Assembly (NCBI GenBank): GCA_030141605.1 | Contig: JAQGDQ010000689.1 | Location: forward strand, 47,979-111,978 | From: Tubiluchus corallicola | Taxonomy: Eukaryota; Animalia; Priapulida | Length of the DNA stretch: 64,000 nucleotides | Direction: 5' to 3' | Shown: positions 48,867 through 62,039 of the stretch, in pieces | Layout of the letters: each line of letters begins with the position of its first letter | How positions within the stretch are numbered: the stretch's first letter is position 1 | Program-made: the position numbers and the translations under genes | Notes under the pieces: generated by a model | What the model saw: only the letters and a program-made list of their open reading frames with translations | The model's database searches: none | Told to the model about the DNA's origin: nothing

Positions 48867-51800
48867 ATGGTAAGACAGAGTCAGAACTTATTAGAGTTAA
48901 CAGTGAAAGTGCTTACTTGTTTTAAATGCATATCATGCTGTTCGTGAATAGTGCTATGTAAAGATAGATAGATAGATAAATAAATAGATTAAGAGATGTA
49001 TATGTAGATAGATAGAAAGATAGACAGGTAGACAGGCAGGCAAGCAGGCTGGCAGGGGGACAGACAGAGAAACAGACTGACAGGCAGACAGACAGTCAAA
49101 CAGACAGACAGATAAGCATGCATGGAAGGTAGGCAGGTAGGCAGGCAGGCAGGCAGGCAAGCGGGCAGACAGACAGACATGCAGGCAGGCAGGTAAGCAA
49201 GCTGGCAGAGAGACAGACAGGCAGACAGACAGACATGCAGGCAGGCAGGCAGGTAAGCAAGCTGGCAGGGAGACAGACAGGCAGACAGACAGACATGCAG
49301 GCAGGCAGGTAGGTAAGCAAGCTGGCAGAGAGACAGACAGACAGAAAGACAGACAGACGGGCAGGCAGGCAGGCAGGCAGGCAAGCAAGCTGTCAGGGAA
49401 ACAGACAGACGGACAGACAGACAGGCAGACAAGTAGATAGACAGACATGCAGACAGGCAGGCAGGCAAACAGGCTGGCAGGGAGACAGACAGGCAGACAA
49501 GTAGATAGACAGACATGCTGTCAGGCAGGCAGGCAGACTGGCAGGGAGACAGACAGACAGACAGACGGCAGGCAGACAAACACGCTTTGAAGATTGTGGC
49601 AGATACAGCTTGATTGAAAGTCACGAATATGGCGAGCAATTTCATTGCAATCTTGAAAAAGACTTGGCACCAGTCTAACAAAGTCCACGCTCTTATATGG
49701 GATTACACTGAGTGCAACATAAAATACACGCGTCAATAAGAATTTTACTTTAGTAGCTTGTATTAATGTACAGTTAGAAAGACTACACAGTGTGCTCGTA
49801 TCTACCCCTCCAGCTACTACCATTATTAATGTTGCTTAAATTTAGGTATACGAGGACGATAATGCACCTCCAAGTCATTTAGCTCTGGCAGTAGTGGCAG
49901 CCATCTTCTGCTTCTTTCCATTTGGAATTCCGGCGATAATTTTTGCCTCTCAGGTAAAGAGTTAAATACAGGTAGCATAATAAATTCTCTTCTTCTTCTC
50001 AGCTTTTCCCTATGCGGGGTCGCCGTTGTGAATGAGTCTTCTCCATGCATTCCTGTTGTTGACCATCTCTTCATTTATGTTCTTCTCTCTAAGGTCTCCG
50101 TTTATGCATTCAAACCATCTCAGCTTGGGTCGTCCTCTTTTTCTGTTTCCCAGCACTTCCATTTCCATGGCCTCCCTTCCCACGTGATCTTCCCCGACTC
50201 TCCTTCTCAGGTGCCCATACCATCGCAATCTTGCCTCTTGTATCTTTTTCGAGGCTTCCACTACTTTCACTGTTCCTCTAATATTACTATTCCTGATTTT
50301 ATCCCTTCTTGTTACTCCCACCATCCATCTGAAAATCCTCATCTCCGCCACATCCATTTTCTTCTCTTCGGTCTTCTTTAGAGGTGCTGCTTCCAGCCCA
50401 TATATTAGGGCGGGTCTGACCACTGCTTTGTGAACTTTACCTTTAAGTCTCGCTGGAATCCTCTTATCGCATATCACACCCGAAACTTTTCGCCAGTTAT
50501 TCCAACCACACTGAATCCTGAAATTCACCTCCTTTTCCATTCCTGCATCTATCATTGAACCCAAATACTTAAAGGTCTTTACTCTTTTCAACTCTGCCCC
50601 GTTCAATCTTATTGTTTCTCGTTGATCCCCATTCATGTCTGTCGTAAGATACTCCGTTTTGGATCTACTAATCCTCATTCCTCTGCTCTCCAAAGCGGCT
50701 CTCCATGCTTCTAACTTTCCTTCCAGTGTTTCTCTACTCTCAGCCACTATAGCGATGTCATCCGCATACAAAACACACCATGGTGGATTTCCCCTTACAC
50801 TCTCTGTGATGACATCAAACACTATGTTGAACAGTAGGGGGCTTAGTGCCGATCCTTGACGTAAGCCGACTTTTACTTGGAAACTGTCTGTTATACCAAC
50901 TGTACTCCGGACTTTAGTTGTCACGTTCTTGTAGCATTCTTGGACTATTCTTACATATTTTTCTGGCACTCCTCTCTCCCTCAGACCTCTCCAAACTTCT
51001 TGCCGTGGTACCCTATCATATGCTTTCTCTAGATCTATGAAAGCTACATGTAGTGCCCTTGTAGCATAATATATTACTATAATTATTAATTATGCTAATG
51101 CTTTGTGATAATTATTAATTGTACTAGAAACACGGGGGCTGTAAGTGATTTTGATAGTCGTGGAAACAAGTTTAGATAACATTTTGTAAAGTTTGAAAAA
51201 ATAATCAGGGCATTCGTTGCACGCAGGGTACTAACTAAGTAAAATTTTAAATTACTGTATCTTGTCAATAAGATTAAAAATACGTTTTTGGTTAGTAAGT
51301 GACGCACCCTAGAAGTCAGTCAGCGACATTTTACCAATTGGTGAAAGCATTTGGAAATATTAATAATTTTCTTTTCTAGTTTCATAAGTCTTTCCAGCAG
51401 GTAAATGAAATGCTAAGTAATATAGATTTGCATGGAAAGTTTTTTGGGACATAGCTTAACGTTGCCTTTTCTTCCACTGATTTACGTTGTGCGTATATGA
51501 CTTCATGTAATGGCGCGGTCGGTGCAGTACTGGGGAGATTTAAAATGAAAACAAACAAAAATTCCTTTTAACGCGAATATGATATGTGCATAAAATTGCT
51601 GGAAAGTAATAAGCGATTTTTCTGAAACCTACTTCAGGTACCCCTTTTCTTGTTCTTTAAGACCTAAAAGAGGCGTTTAAGGTACGTTCAGACTTGTGAT
51701 TCTTCTACCTGACAGCAAATTCACAAGTGTGAACTGCTCTGTGAGTTACTGTCGTTAAGGAATTGCGAAATCTCCAACAGTTGCTGAGAGTTAATTCCCT

Positions 51801-52934
51801 GCTCTACTGTCTAGTGTGAACTAAATGATTAGGGAATGGAGTGTCAACTAGCACTTAGTGTCGGAGAGTAAGTCCCTGCAAGTCTTTCTTTCTAGTCTGA
51901 ACACGCTTGCGAGTTACTTGAGCAGTTAACCTTTCCAGAAAACTCGCTATTGTGAACGGCTCGGCGAGTTACTCTGAACATTTCTCACAATGATTAGAGA
52001 ATAGAGTGTCAGCTAGCACTTACTGTCGGAGAGTAAGCCGCTGGAAGTCTTTCTCTCTAGTCTGAACACACTTGCGAGTTACTTGATCAGTTAACTTTCC
52101 CGGAAAACTCGCTGGTGTGAACGCCTCGGCGAGTTACTCTGAACACTTCTCACAATGATTAGAGAATGGAGTGTCAGCTAGCACTTACTGTCGGAGAGTA
52201 ACTCGCAGCAAGTCTTTCTCTCTAGTCTGAACACGCTTGCGAGTTACTTGAGCAGTTAACTTTCCCGGAAAACTCGCTGGTGTGAACGCCTCGGTGAGTT
52301 ACTCTGAACACTTCTCACAATGATTAGAGAATGGAGCGTTAGCTTGCACTACTGTCGGAGAGTAACTTGCAGCAAGTCTAGCTCTCTTGTTTGAACATGC
52401 TTGCGAGTTACTTGAGCAGTTAACTTTCCCAGAAAACTCGCAAGTGTGAACGCCTCGGCGAGTTACTCTGAACACTTCTCGCAATGATTAGAGAATGACG
52501 TGTCAGCTAGCACTTACTGTCGCAGAGTAACTCGCTGGAAGTTTTAATCTCTAGTCTGAACACGCTTGCGAGTTACTTACAGTGAATAGAGAATGGAGTG
52601 TCAGCTCGCCTTTACTGTCGGAAAGTAACTCGCAGCAAGTCTTGTTCTCTAGTCTGAACACGCTTGCGAGTTACTTGAGCAGTTAACTTTCCCAAAAAAC
52701 GCTAGTGTGAACGCACCGCGAAGGAAAACTCAATAAGTAGCGACTTTACATCAAATTTTTAACTTCTGTTTACAGGTTAGAGACAGATTTGAAAAAGGTG
52801 ATCACTTTGGAGCTTGGTATGCTTCCAAATCAGCAAAGAAATGGTCAATGGTTTCATTAGTTATTGGCGTCGTCGTATGGTTCATTGTGGTCGTGCTAAT
52901 CATTTTAGTGGCTGTACAACTTGTGGTCATCTAG
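48867..52934 (+). CDS. CD225/dispanin family protein (IFITM/PRRT-like), ~89 aa
   Basis: ATG-terminated exon (48867..48869|gtaaga), 49846..49953 (PPSHLALAVVAAIFCFFPFGIPAIIFASQ) and 52776..52934 (VRDRFEKGDHFGAWYASKSAKKWSMVSLVIG + TM). Classic CD225 pattern with the intron after S-Q; the first exon is inferred. Confidence 0.85.
48960..49580. repeat. Compound (GATA)/(GACA)/(GGCA) tetranucleotide repeat
   Basis: Read directly from the sequence. Confidence 0.93.
49986..51060 (-). mobile_element. 5'-truncated RTE-clade LINE (partial RT), antisense in dispanin intron
   Basis: ORF 50010..50969 GLRQGSALSPLLF, LYADD, FKYLGS, RLRWYGH; (GAA)n tail; TSD gtagcataata at 49972 and 51061. Confidence 0.92.
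51120..51656. mobile_element. Inverted copy of the 1521-2006 dispersed element
   Basis: Reverse-complement similarity (ctgtatcttgtcaataagattaaaaatacgtttttggtta; ttcaggtaccccttttc). Confidence 0.7.
51681..52717. mobile_element. Harbinger-like MITE carrying an internal ~165-bp tandem array (~5 units)
   Basis: Termini ggtacgttcagact / agtgtgaacgcacc; gagttactctgaaca recurs at 51967, 52131, 52296, 52460; related decayed copy at ~34170-34420. Confidence 0.65.
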
Positions 52935-52991
52935 CAAATTGTGGTCATTTAGCAAATTGTGGTCATCTAGCAAATTGTGGTCATTTAGCAA
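52921..52991 (+). repeat. 18-bp tandem repeat overlapping the dispanin stop codon
   Basis: ttgtggtcat(c/t)tagcaaa x ~4; the first unit encodes VVI*. Confidence 0.9.
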
Positions 52992-53799
52992 CTGTCATTT
53001 AGCTCAAATTTTCAAAGCACAGCTTGTAAGCTGTAACCAGGCAGTAAAACAGGACTGGGACAATTTGGACGATTTTTGGAAGACTCTTTCTTCACAGATC
53101 TAACCAGCTGTACTGAACGATGATGATTCGACGCGCATGCGTAGCTCATAACTTGGCTTCACTACAGCAAGAACAACGTGGTTTCGATTCCTATTGACGT
53201 TAATTTACCACATTCAATTCGTAATGAGTCTAATTGTCTAAATCACCCAGCAAATGGTAGGGATACTTTAAACAAGGCATGAAGTATGGCTTATTGTACC
53301 AAGTACGCGATTGTAGTATCATGTGACCCATTTAATTGTCAGTCTACTACACTAAAGTACTGAATTAGTCTATGCTGCCATCTACAGTCGTTGTTTTACT
53401 CTAGTTGTACAAAGTTTGTCAGAGATTGATTTTTGTTTCTAAATATTATTTCCTTTTGCTTTTATAGATATTCATTAATCAGAGTAATTAGGTTGTTAAT
53501 TTCATGCTTTAATTCTGGTTCTAACTCTCTTATTCAAGTTTAAATAGAGAAAAATTATAACATTATAACACAGCTTTCTGTAAACCAATAATCTTTATTC
53601 TGCTATCAAAGAAGCCAAATAGACTTTGATTTTGGTTTAACTAGTAGTCTGTAGAGTATAGGTGACCTTTCCATTTATGGTCTGTATGCATGAATGTAAT
53701 GTACCTTCCAATAGGAGCTTGAATCTCTGGTCATGTGATTACAGCTCTATTCTCTCAGGCATGCAAGTTTCAGTTGATCTAGAGACAGCATTGAGAAAG

Positions 53800-56620
53800 G
53801 ATGCAAATTTTCTACTGTTAAACCAATGTTAAAGAATGCAAATTTTCTACTGTTAAACCAATGTTAAAGAATGCAAATTTTCTATTGTTAAAGCAATGTT
53901 AAAAAATGCAAATTTTCTACTGTTAAACCAATGTTAAAGAATGCAAATTTTCTATTGTTAAAGCAATGTTAAAAAATGCAAATTTTCTACTGTTAAAGCA
54001 ATGTTAAAAATGCAAATTTTCTACTGTTAAAGCAATGTTTAAAAAATGTAAAATTTTTACCGTTAAAGACTGTTAAAGCAATGTTAAAAAATGCAAATTT
54101 TCTACTGTTAAACCAATGTTAAAGAACGCAAATTTTGTACTGTTAAAGCAATGTTAAAAAATGCAAATTTTCTACTGTTAAAGCAATGTTAAAAATGCAA
54201 ATTTTCTACTGTTAAAGCAATGTTAAAAAATGTAAAATTTCTACCGTTAAAGACTGATAAACCAATGTTAAAGAACGCAAATTTTCTACTGTTAAAGCAA
54301 TGTTAAAAATGCAAATTCTCTACTGTTAAAGCAATGTTAAAAAATGTAAAATTTCTACCGTTAAAGACTGATCAAACCAATGTTAAAGAATGCAAATTTT
54401 TTACTGTTAAAGCGATATTAAAAATGCAAATTTTTACTGTTAAAGCAATGTTAAAGAATGCAAATTTTTTACTGTTAAACCAATGTTAAAAATGCAAATT
54501 CTCTACTGTTAAAGCAATGTTAAAAAATGCAAATTTTCTACTGTTAAAGCAATGTTAAAAATGCAAATTTTCTACTGTTAAAGCAATGTTTAAAAAATGT
54601 AAAATTTTGTACTGTTAAACCAATGTTAAAAAATGCAAATTTTCTACTGTTAAACCAATGTTAAAGAATGCAAATTTTGTACTGTTAAAGCAATGTTAAA
54701 AATGCAAATTTTCTACTGTTAAAGCAATGTTAAATAATGCAAATTTTCTACTGTTAAAGCAATGTTAAAGAATGCAAAATTTCTACTGTTAAAGCAATGT
54801 TAAAGAATGCAAAATTTCTACTGTTAAAGCAATGTTAAAGAATGCAAAATTTCTACTGTTAAAGCAATGTTAAAGAATGTAAAATTTCTACTGTTAAAGC
54901 AATGTTAAAGAATGCAAAATTTCTACTGTTAAAGCAATGTTAAAGAATGCAAAATTTCTACTGTTAAAGCAATGTTAAAGAATGCAAAATTTCTACTGTT
55001 AAAGCAATGTTAAATAATGCAAAATTTCTACTGTTAAACCAATGTTAAAAATGCAAATTCTCTACTGTTAAAGCAATGTTAAAAAATGCAAATTTTCTAC
55101 TGTTAAACCAATGTTAAAGAATGCAAATTTTGTACTGTTAAAGCAATGTTAAAAATGCAAATTTTGTACTGTTAAACCAATGTTAAAGAATGCAGATTTT
55201 CTACTGTTAAAGCAATGTTAAATAATGCAAAATTTCTACTGTTAAAGCAATGTTAAATAATGCAAAATTTCTACTGTTAAAGCAATGTTAAAGAATGCAA
55301 AATTTCTACTGTTAAAGCAATGTTAAAGAATGCAAAATTTCTACTGTTAAAGCAATGTTAAAGAATGCAAAATTTCTACTGTTAAAGCAATGTTAAAGAA
55401 TGCAGATTTTCTACTGTTAAAGCAATGTTAAATAATGCAAATTTTCTACTGTTAAAGCAATGTTAAATAATGCAAATTTTCTACTGTTAAAGCAATGTTA
55501 AAGAATGCAAAATTTCTACTGTTAAAGCAATGTTAAAGAATGCAAATTTTTTACTGTTAAAGCAATGTTAAAAATGCAAATTTTCTACTCCTAAAGATTT
55601 TTCTCCTGTTAAAGTAACGTTAAAAAATGCAGATTTTCTACTGTTAAAGAATTTTCTACTGTTGAAGAATTTTCTACTGTTGAAGAATGCAGATTTTCTA
55701 CTGTTAAAGAATGCAGATTTTCTACTGCTAAAGAATTTTCTACTGTCAAAGCAATGTTAAAGAATACAGATTTTCTACTGCTAAAGAATTTTCTACTGTC
55801 AAAGCAATGTTAAAGAATGCAGATTTTCTACTGTCAAAGCAATGTTAAAGAATGCAGATTTTCTACTGCTAAAGAATTTTCTACTGTCAAAGCAATGTTA
55901 AAGAATACAGATTTTCTACTGCTAAAGAATTTTCTACTGTCAAAGCAATGTTAAAGAATACAGATTTTCTACTGTTAAAGAATGCAGATTTTCTACTGTT
56001 AAAGAATTTTCTACTGTTGAAGAATTTTCTACTGTTGAAGAATGCAGATTTTCTACTGTTAAAGAATGCAGATTTTCTACTGTTAAAGAATTTTCTACTG
56101 TTGAAGAATGCAGATTTTCTACTGTTAAAGAATTTTCTACTGTTGAAGAATGCAGATTTTCTACTGTTAAAGAATTTTCTACTGTTAAAGAATTTTCTAC
56201 TGTTGAAGAATGCAGATTTTCTACTGTTGAAGAATTTTCTACTGTTAAAGAATTTTCTACTGTTGAAGAATGCAGATTTTCTACTGTTAAAGAATTTTCT
56301 ACTGTTAAAGAATTTTCTACTGTTGAAGAATGCAGATTTTCTACTGTTAAAGAATTTTCTACTGTTGAAGAATGCAGATTTTCTACTGTTAAAGAATTTT
56401 CTACTGTTAAAGAATTTTCTACTGTTGAAGAATGCAGATTTTCTACTGTTAAAGAATTTTCTACTGTTGAAGAATGCAGATTTTCTACTGTTAAAGAATT
56501 TTCTACTGTTAAAGAATTTTCTACTGTTAAAGAATTTTCTACTGTTAAAGAATTTTCTACTGTTGAATAATGCAGATTTTCTACTATTAAAGAATTTTTT
56601 ACTGTTAACGGAATGTTAAA
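53800..56620. repeat. Satellite array: 34-35-bp unit changing into a mixed 18/24-bp unit
   Basis: aatgcaaattttctactgttaaagcaatgttaaag up to ~55600, then aattttctactgttaaag / aatgcagattttctactgttaaag. Confidence 0.95.
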
Positions 56621-57739
56621 AAAGGCATCATATTGCTAACTCTTATGACTGTTTGTTCAATTTTGTTACTGAAGTAAACATTGTCTACGTTTACAATAAA
56701 ATCTTTGCAAATATCCATATGGAGTTCACCTTCTGACAGCTTACATGCCAAACTGTATATTTATTATTTTGGCTAAGATAGTCATACATAGTAAATGAAA
56801 ACTAATAGCAAAAACGAGAAGGTGAAAATGTATACAGGAAACATAAAAATAGTAAAATTACTACTTACGTATATCTACAAGAAATACAAATGTACTAAAA
56901 AATTAATTCTTATTAATTTTTGACTAATAATTATCAGGAGGGGTCATTTATCTGTGGAGATGCATGTATATACTTCTTTATACAGTTTTCTGTCGACGTT
57001 CTATTTCATACAGCTGCTATATATAGCTAGTATATTTTTCTTTGTAAATATTTAAACGATTTGATGCCAGCTTTCAGTTCCAATCAGCTTCCATTTAATA
57101 TCGAAAAAACGTTAAACCAACGAACACACAGCATAAAATAAATAAACATAAATAATAAATAATAAATATGGACACAATTCAGTTTGCAAAACGCCAACAA
57201 ATACGTGGAATGCGTGTCTGCTTAATATAAAATCTGCAACGACTCTTAAAAAATTTAAAAATGAACTAAAAAATACTGTACTAGCGTTCAAAATAACCAT
57301 TATGAAAATACCAAACCATCTCTTATGTATTATCAATGTTCATCCAGGAGTCTGTAGTCAGTGGAAGATCAGAACTTGTCATTTACATCATAACAACAAA
57401 TTAAAAATTACTACATACAAAAAATTCAAGTCTCCAACACAAAGCATCAATAAACCACATAATTATAATTTCAATTTGTAAATATTGTAAGTCTTAAATG
57501 AGTCATAAGTCTTAATGTGATTAATTACAACATCACTTGCGTTTTTAATTGTAAATTCATTTTAACGCTATTGCTCACAGCAGTGGTAACACTTGACTAC
57601 ACTGTCAATTTTTGAATGTGTAGTTTACAGCAATAAAGAATTTTATTAATTAATTATTTTGTCTAAACATAGTTTATTTGGTAAAAATTATATAGTTTTT
57701 AAAATACTGGAATCCTTACCATGCAAAATAAAGTACAAA

Positions 57740-58512
57740 AACAAACAAATACAAAGACGTATACATACATTTAAATGCACATAAATAAAGACATACACAT
57801 ACATACAAATGCATATAGATAAAGACATACACATACATACTAATGCATACAAATAAAGACATACAGAAACATACTAATGCATACAAATAAAGACATACAC
57901 GTACATACAAATGCGCATAAATAAAGACATACATATACATACTAATGCATGCAAACAAAGACATACCCATACATACTAATGCATACAAGCAAAGACATAC
58001 ACATACATAAAAATGCATGCAAACAAAGACATACACATGCATACAAATGCACATAAATAAAGACATACACATACACACAAATGCATATAAATAAAGACAT
58101 ACTCATACATACAAATGCACATAAATAAAGACATACACATACACACAAATGCATATAAATAAAGACATACACATACATACAAATGCATGCAAACAAATAC
58201 ATATACATATAAATGCATATAAATAAAGACATACACATACATACAAATGCGCATAAGTAAAGACATACACATACATACAAATGCACATAAATAAAGACAT
58301 ACACATACATACAAATGCATATAAATAAAGAAAAACACATACATACAAATGCATGCAATCAAAAACAAACACGTACATACAAATGCATGCAAACAAAGAC
58401 ATACACATACATACAAATGCACATAAATAAAGACATACGCATACATACAAATGCGCTTAAATAAAGACATAAGCATATATACGCACACATGCAAACAAAT
58501 ACATACACATAC
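57740..58512. repeat. 34-bp minisatellite
   Basis: acatacacatacatacaaatgcacataaataaag repeated. Confidence 0.92.
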
Positions 58513-58960
58513 AAAGTTGGCAGATGAATAATATAAATAATTGAATAATAAACGTTAATCAATAACGCTCACTGAGTATTCTAATATTTCCACTAAATAC
58601 ACAAAAGAGTTTCGAAAGTTTGATCACATCAAAACATTTATCTCTCCTAATGCAATTTTGAATGTAATTTTATTCAGTTTTGTTTCGTTATAAATTCATC
58701 GAACAATTTTATACAATTTGATAGTCTGTGATCTGGAATCGAGCACTTAGTGAATCTCCTTTACTAAGAATGGTTGTGGCAGGATAGGAACCCAGTTTAT
58801 TATCAAAACTCACTATGCTATCTATAGTAAAGTTTAAATGTAGGTACATCCTTCCTCTGCAGTTTAATCAAACAAAATCAGAATTATAAAAGAAATCAGG
58901 TGGCGTCACCTTGTTGTTGCTATTGTTCTTGTTGTTGTTGTTGTTATTGTTGTACCTGTT

Positions 58961-61006
58961 GCACATGTGCCTGCTTCTCCCTTGATCTTGCAATGATATC
59001 ACTTGGTTACCATCACTACACTCACTAGCCTACATGTGCCTGCTTCTCCCTTGATCTTGCAGTGACATCACTTGGTTACCATCACTACACTCCCTAGCCT
59101 ACATGTGCCAGCTTCTCCCTTGATCTTGCTGTGATATCACTTGGTTACCATCACTACACTCCCTAGCCTACATGTGCCTGCTTCTCCCTTGATCTTGCAG
59201 TGACATCACTTGGTTACCATCACTACATTCCCTAGCCTACATGTGCCTGCTTCTCCCTTGATCTTGCAATGGTATCACTTGGTTACCATCACTACACTCA
59301 CTAGCCTACATGTGCCTGCTTCTCCCTTGATCTTGCAATGGTATCACTTGGTTACCATCACTACATTCGCTAGCCTAAATGTGCCTGCTTCCGCCTTGAT
59401 CTTGCAGTGGTATCACTTGGTTACCATCACTACACTCGCTAGCCTACATGTGCCTGCTTCTTCCTTGATCTTGCAATGACATCTTTTGGTTACCATCACT
59501 ACACTCGCTAGCCTACATGGGCCTGCTTCACCCCTTGATCTTGCTGTGATATCACTTGGTTACCATCACTACACTCCCTAGCCTACATGTGCCTGCCTCT
59601 TCCTTGATCTTGCAATGATATCACTTGGTTACCATCACTACACTCGCTAGCCTACATGTGCCTGCTTCTCCCTTGATCTTGCAGTGGTATCACTTGGTTA
59701 CCATCACTACACTCGCTAGCCTAAATGTGCCTGCTTCCCCCTTGATCTTGCAGTGGTATCACTTGGTTACCATCACTACACTCCCTAGCCTACATGGGCC
59801 TTCTTCTCCCTTGATCTTGCAGTGGTATCACTTGGTTACCATCACTACACTCCCTTGATCTTGCAGTGATATCACTTGGTTACCATCACTACACTCCCTA
59901 GCCTACATGTGCCTGCTTCTTCCTTGATCTTGAAATGATATCACTTGGTTACCATCACTACACTCGCTAGCCTACATGTGCCTGCTTCTCCCTTGATCTT
60001 GCAGTGGTATCACTTGGTTACCATCACTGCACTCGCTAGCCTACATGTGCCTGCTTCTCCCTTCATCTTGCAGTGATATCACTTGGTTACCATCACTACA
60101 CTCCCTAGCCTACATGGGCATTCTTCTCCCTTGATCTTGCAGTGGTATCACTTGGTTACCATCACTACACTCCCTAGCCTACATGTGCCTGCTTCTTCCT
60201 TGCTCTTGCAATGATATCACTTGGTTACCATCACTATACTCCCTAGCCTACATGTGCCTGCTTCCCCCTTGATCTTGCAGTGGTATCACTTGGTTACCAT
60301 CACTACACTCCCTAGCCTACATGTGCCTGCTTCTTCCTTGATCTTGCAATGATATCACTTGGTTACCATCACTACACTCGCTAGCCTACATGTGCCTGCT
60401 TCTCCCTTGATCTTGCAGTGGTATCACTTGGTTACCATCACTGCACTCGCTAGCCTACATGTGCCTGCTTCTCCCTTCATCTTGCAGTGATATCACTTGG
60501 TTACCATCACTACACTCCTAGCCTACATGGGCCTTCTTCTCCTTGATCTTAGTGTTGTTTGGTGATATACTTGGTTACATCACTACACTCACTAGCTTAC
60601 ATGTGCCTGCTTCTCCCTTGATCTTGCAGTGATATAACTTGGTTACTATCACTACACTCCCTAGCCTACATGTGCCTGCTTCCCCCTTGATCTTGCAGTG
60701 ACATCACTTGGTTACCATCACTACACTCACTAGCTTACATGTGCCTGCTTCTCCCTTGATCTTGCAGTGATATAATTTGGTAACCATCGCTACACTCCCT
60801 AGCCTACATGTGCCTGCTTCTCCCTTGATCTTGCAGTGATATCACTTGGTTACCATCACTACACTCCCTAGCCTACATGTGCCTGCTTCTTCCTTGATCT
60901 TGCAGTGACATAATTTGGTTACCATCACTACACTCCCTAGCCTACATGTTCCTGCTTCTCCCTTGATCTTGCAGTGACATAATTTGGTTACCATCACTAC
61001 ACTCCC
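58961..61006 (-). repeat. 69-bp minisatellite (~30 copies) derived from the GPCR C-terminus and stop codon
   Basis: The unit equals the terminal codons (RECSDGNQIMSLQDQGRSRNM), TAG and 3 further nt of the GPCR. Confidence 0.95.
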
Positions 61007-62015
61007 TCTCCTGTTCAGCATCCTGGCAGAAAAGATCTACGAAAAATTTCAACATTTCATCTTTAAACTCGTTGATCCGAAACGCGTAAACAAAACAGTT
61101 TAAAAACGAATTTAAGTAAGCGAACATGGCCGCATACAAGAAGACGTAACTATCCGCTGAAAAGTTACGACAAACCCGAGGCGGACACAGATAGTAAACG
61201 ATAACACTAACAATGAATGGAGACCAAGTTATGGTAAAGAGTCCGACAACTAAAAACAACGTCTTCATCAGTTTTGATGTGCTTCTCAGAGCAGTGGTTT
61301 GTTTTCTGTCCAAGCTGGCATGTCTTGATGAGAATTTAGACGAATCTACTGTATTGTTTACACTTGGTTCGCTCGAAGGCGGCCGCCCTCTGCCGGCCGT
61401 TTTTTGAACTGATATCGTACGCAGGTGTCTCAACGTTTCCTTGGCAATTTTCGCGTACATGACGACAACTGTGGCTAAAATGACCACTTCCAGAACGACC
61501 AGTGCGAACCAAAAGTCGGCCAGTGCACCAGAAAGGGTTAAGCAATGATTTCTTGGTTCATCGTTGTACAGAAATTTCAGAGCTAAGCCACTGCACAATG
61601 TAGACGTGACCCAAGTGTAAGCGACACACCCCCTGATTACGGTACCCGTCACGAGTTTCTCGTACCTGAGGGGGTAGAAAACTGTTATATACCTGTCCAG
61701 GGAGATAAAGAAGAACGAATAGATAGAAGCGCTGCAGGAAATTAAAGCCAGAAATGTGGCCACGAAGCACCAAGGTCCATCGTTCTGTAAATTCGTCTGA
61801 TATATTGACGCTTGCAGTAAAACATCTATTCCCACCAGCAGATCAGCAGCAGACATGTTGGCAATAAAGTAGTAGGTGGTTCCTTTAAGTTTGCTAGATT
61901 TGACTACAACGAACAAGATGATGATGTTGCTGACGACAATGGCGACTCCCAGAAGCACTAGGATGTAAACAGCGTTTTGTGGAAAGTCGCTGGCGTTGTG
62001 AGGTACTTTGTCCAT
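60942..62015 (-). CDS. Class A (rhodopsin-like) GPCR, single coding exon, 357 aa
   Basis: Seven hydrophobic segments; SN (TM1), NMSAADLLVG (TM2), SLDRY..V..PLRY (TM3), FTITWSP (TM6), NSFLNCFVYAFR (TM7); N-terminal NAS sequon. Ligand not assignable. Confidence 0.92.
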   Translation of the reverse strand: MDKVPHNASDFPQNAVYILVLLGVAIVVSNIIILFVVVKSSKLKGTTYYFIANMSAADLLVGIDVLLQASIYQTNLQNDGPWCFVATFLALISCSASIYSFFFISLDRYITVFYPLRYEKLVTGTVIRGCVAYTWVTSTLCSGLALKFLYNDEPRNHCLTLSGALADFWFALVVLEVVILATVVVMYAKIAKETLRHLRTISVQKTAGRGRPPSSEPSVNNTVDSSKFSSRHASLDRKQTTALRSTSKLMKTLFLVVGLFTITWSPFIVSVIVYYLCPPRVCRNFSADSYVFLYAAMFAYLNSFLNCFVYAFRINEFKDEMLKFFVDLFCQDAEQERECSDGNQIMSLQDQGRSRNM

Positions 62016-62039
62016 CTCTAACTTAGTTTGGTATCCTTC

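Noticed and set aside
49585-49681. Signal-peptide-like MKLLAIFVTFNQAVSA on the minus strand as first exon of the orphan gene
   Set aside because: No convincing donor, runs into a tetranucleotide repeat and lies antisense within the dispanin intron; not fully excluded.
55948-56619. 223-aa LLLKNF-repeat ORF resembling a leucine-rich repeat
   Set aside because: By-product of 18/24-bp satellite units; no unique sequence or splice support.
57716-58562. Hydrophobic Cys-rich ORFs
   Set aside because: Translations of the 34-bp minisatellite.
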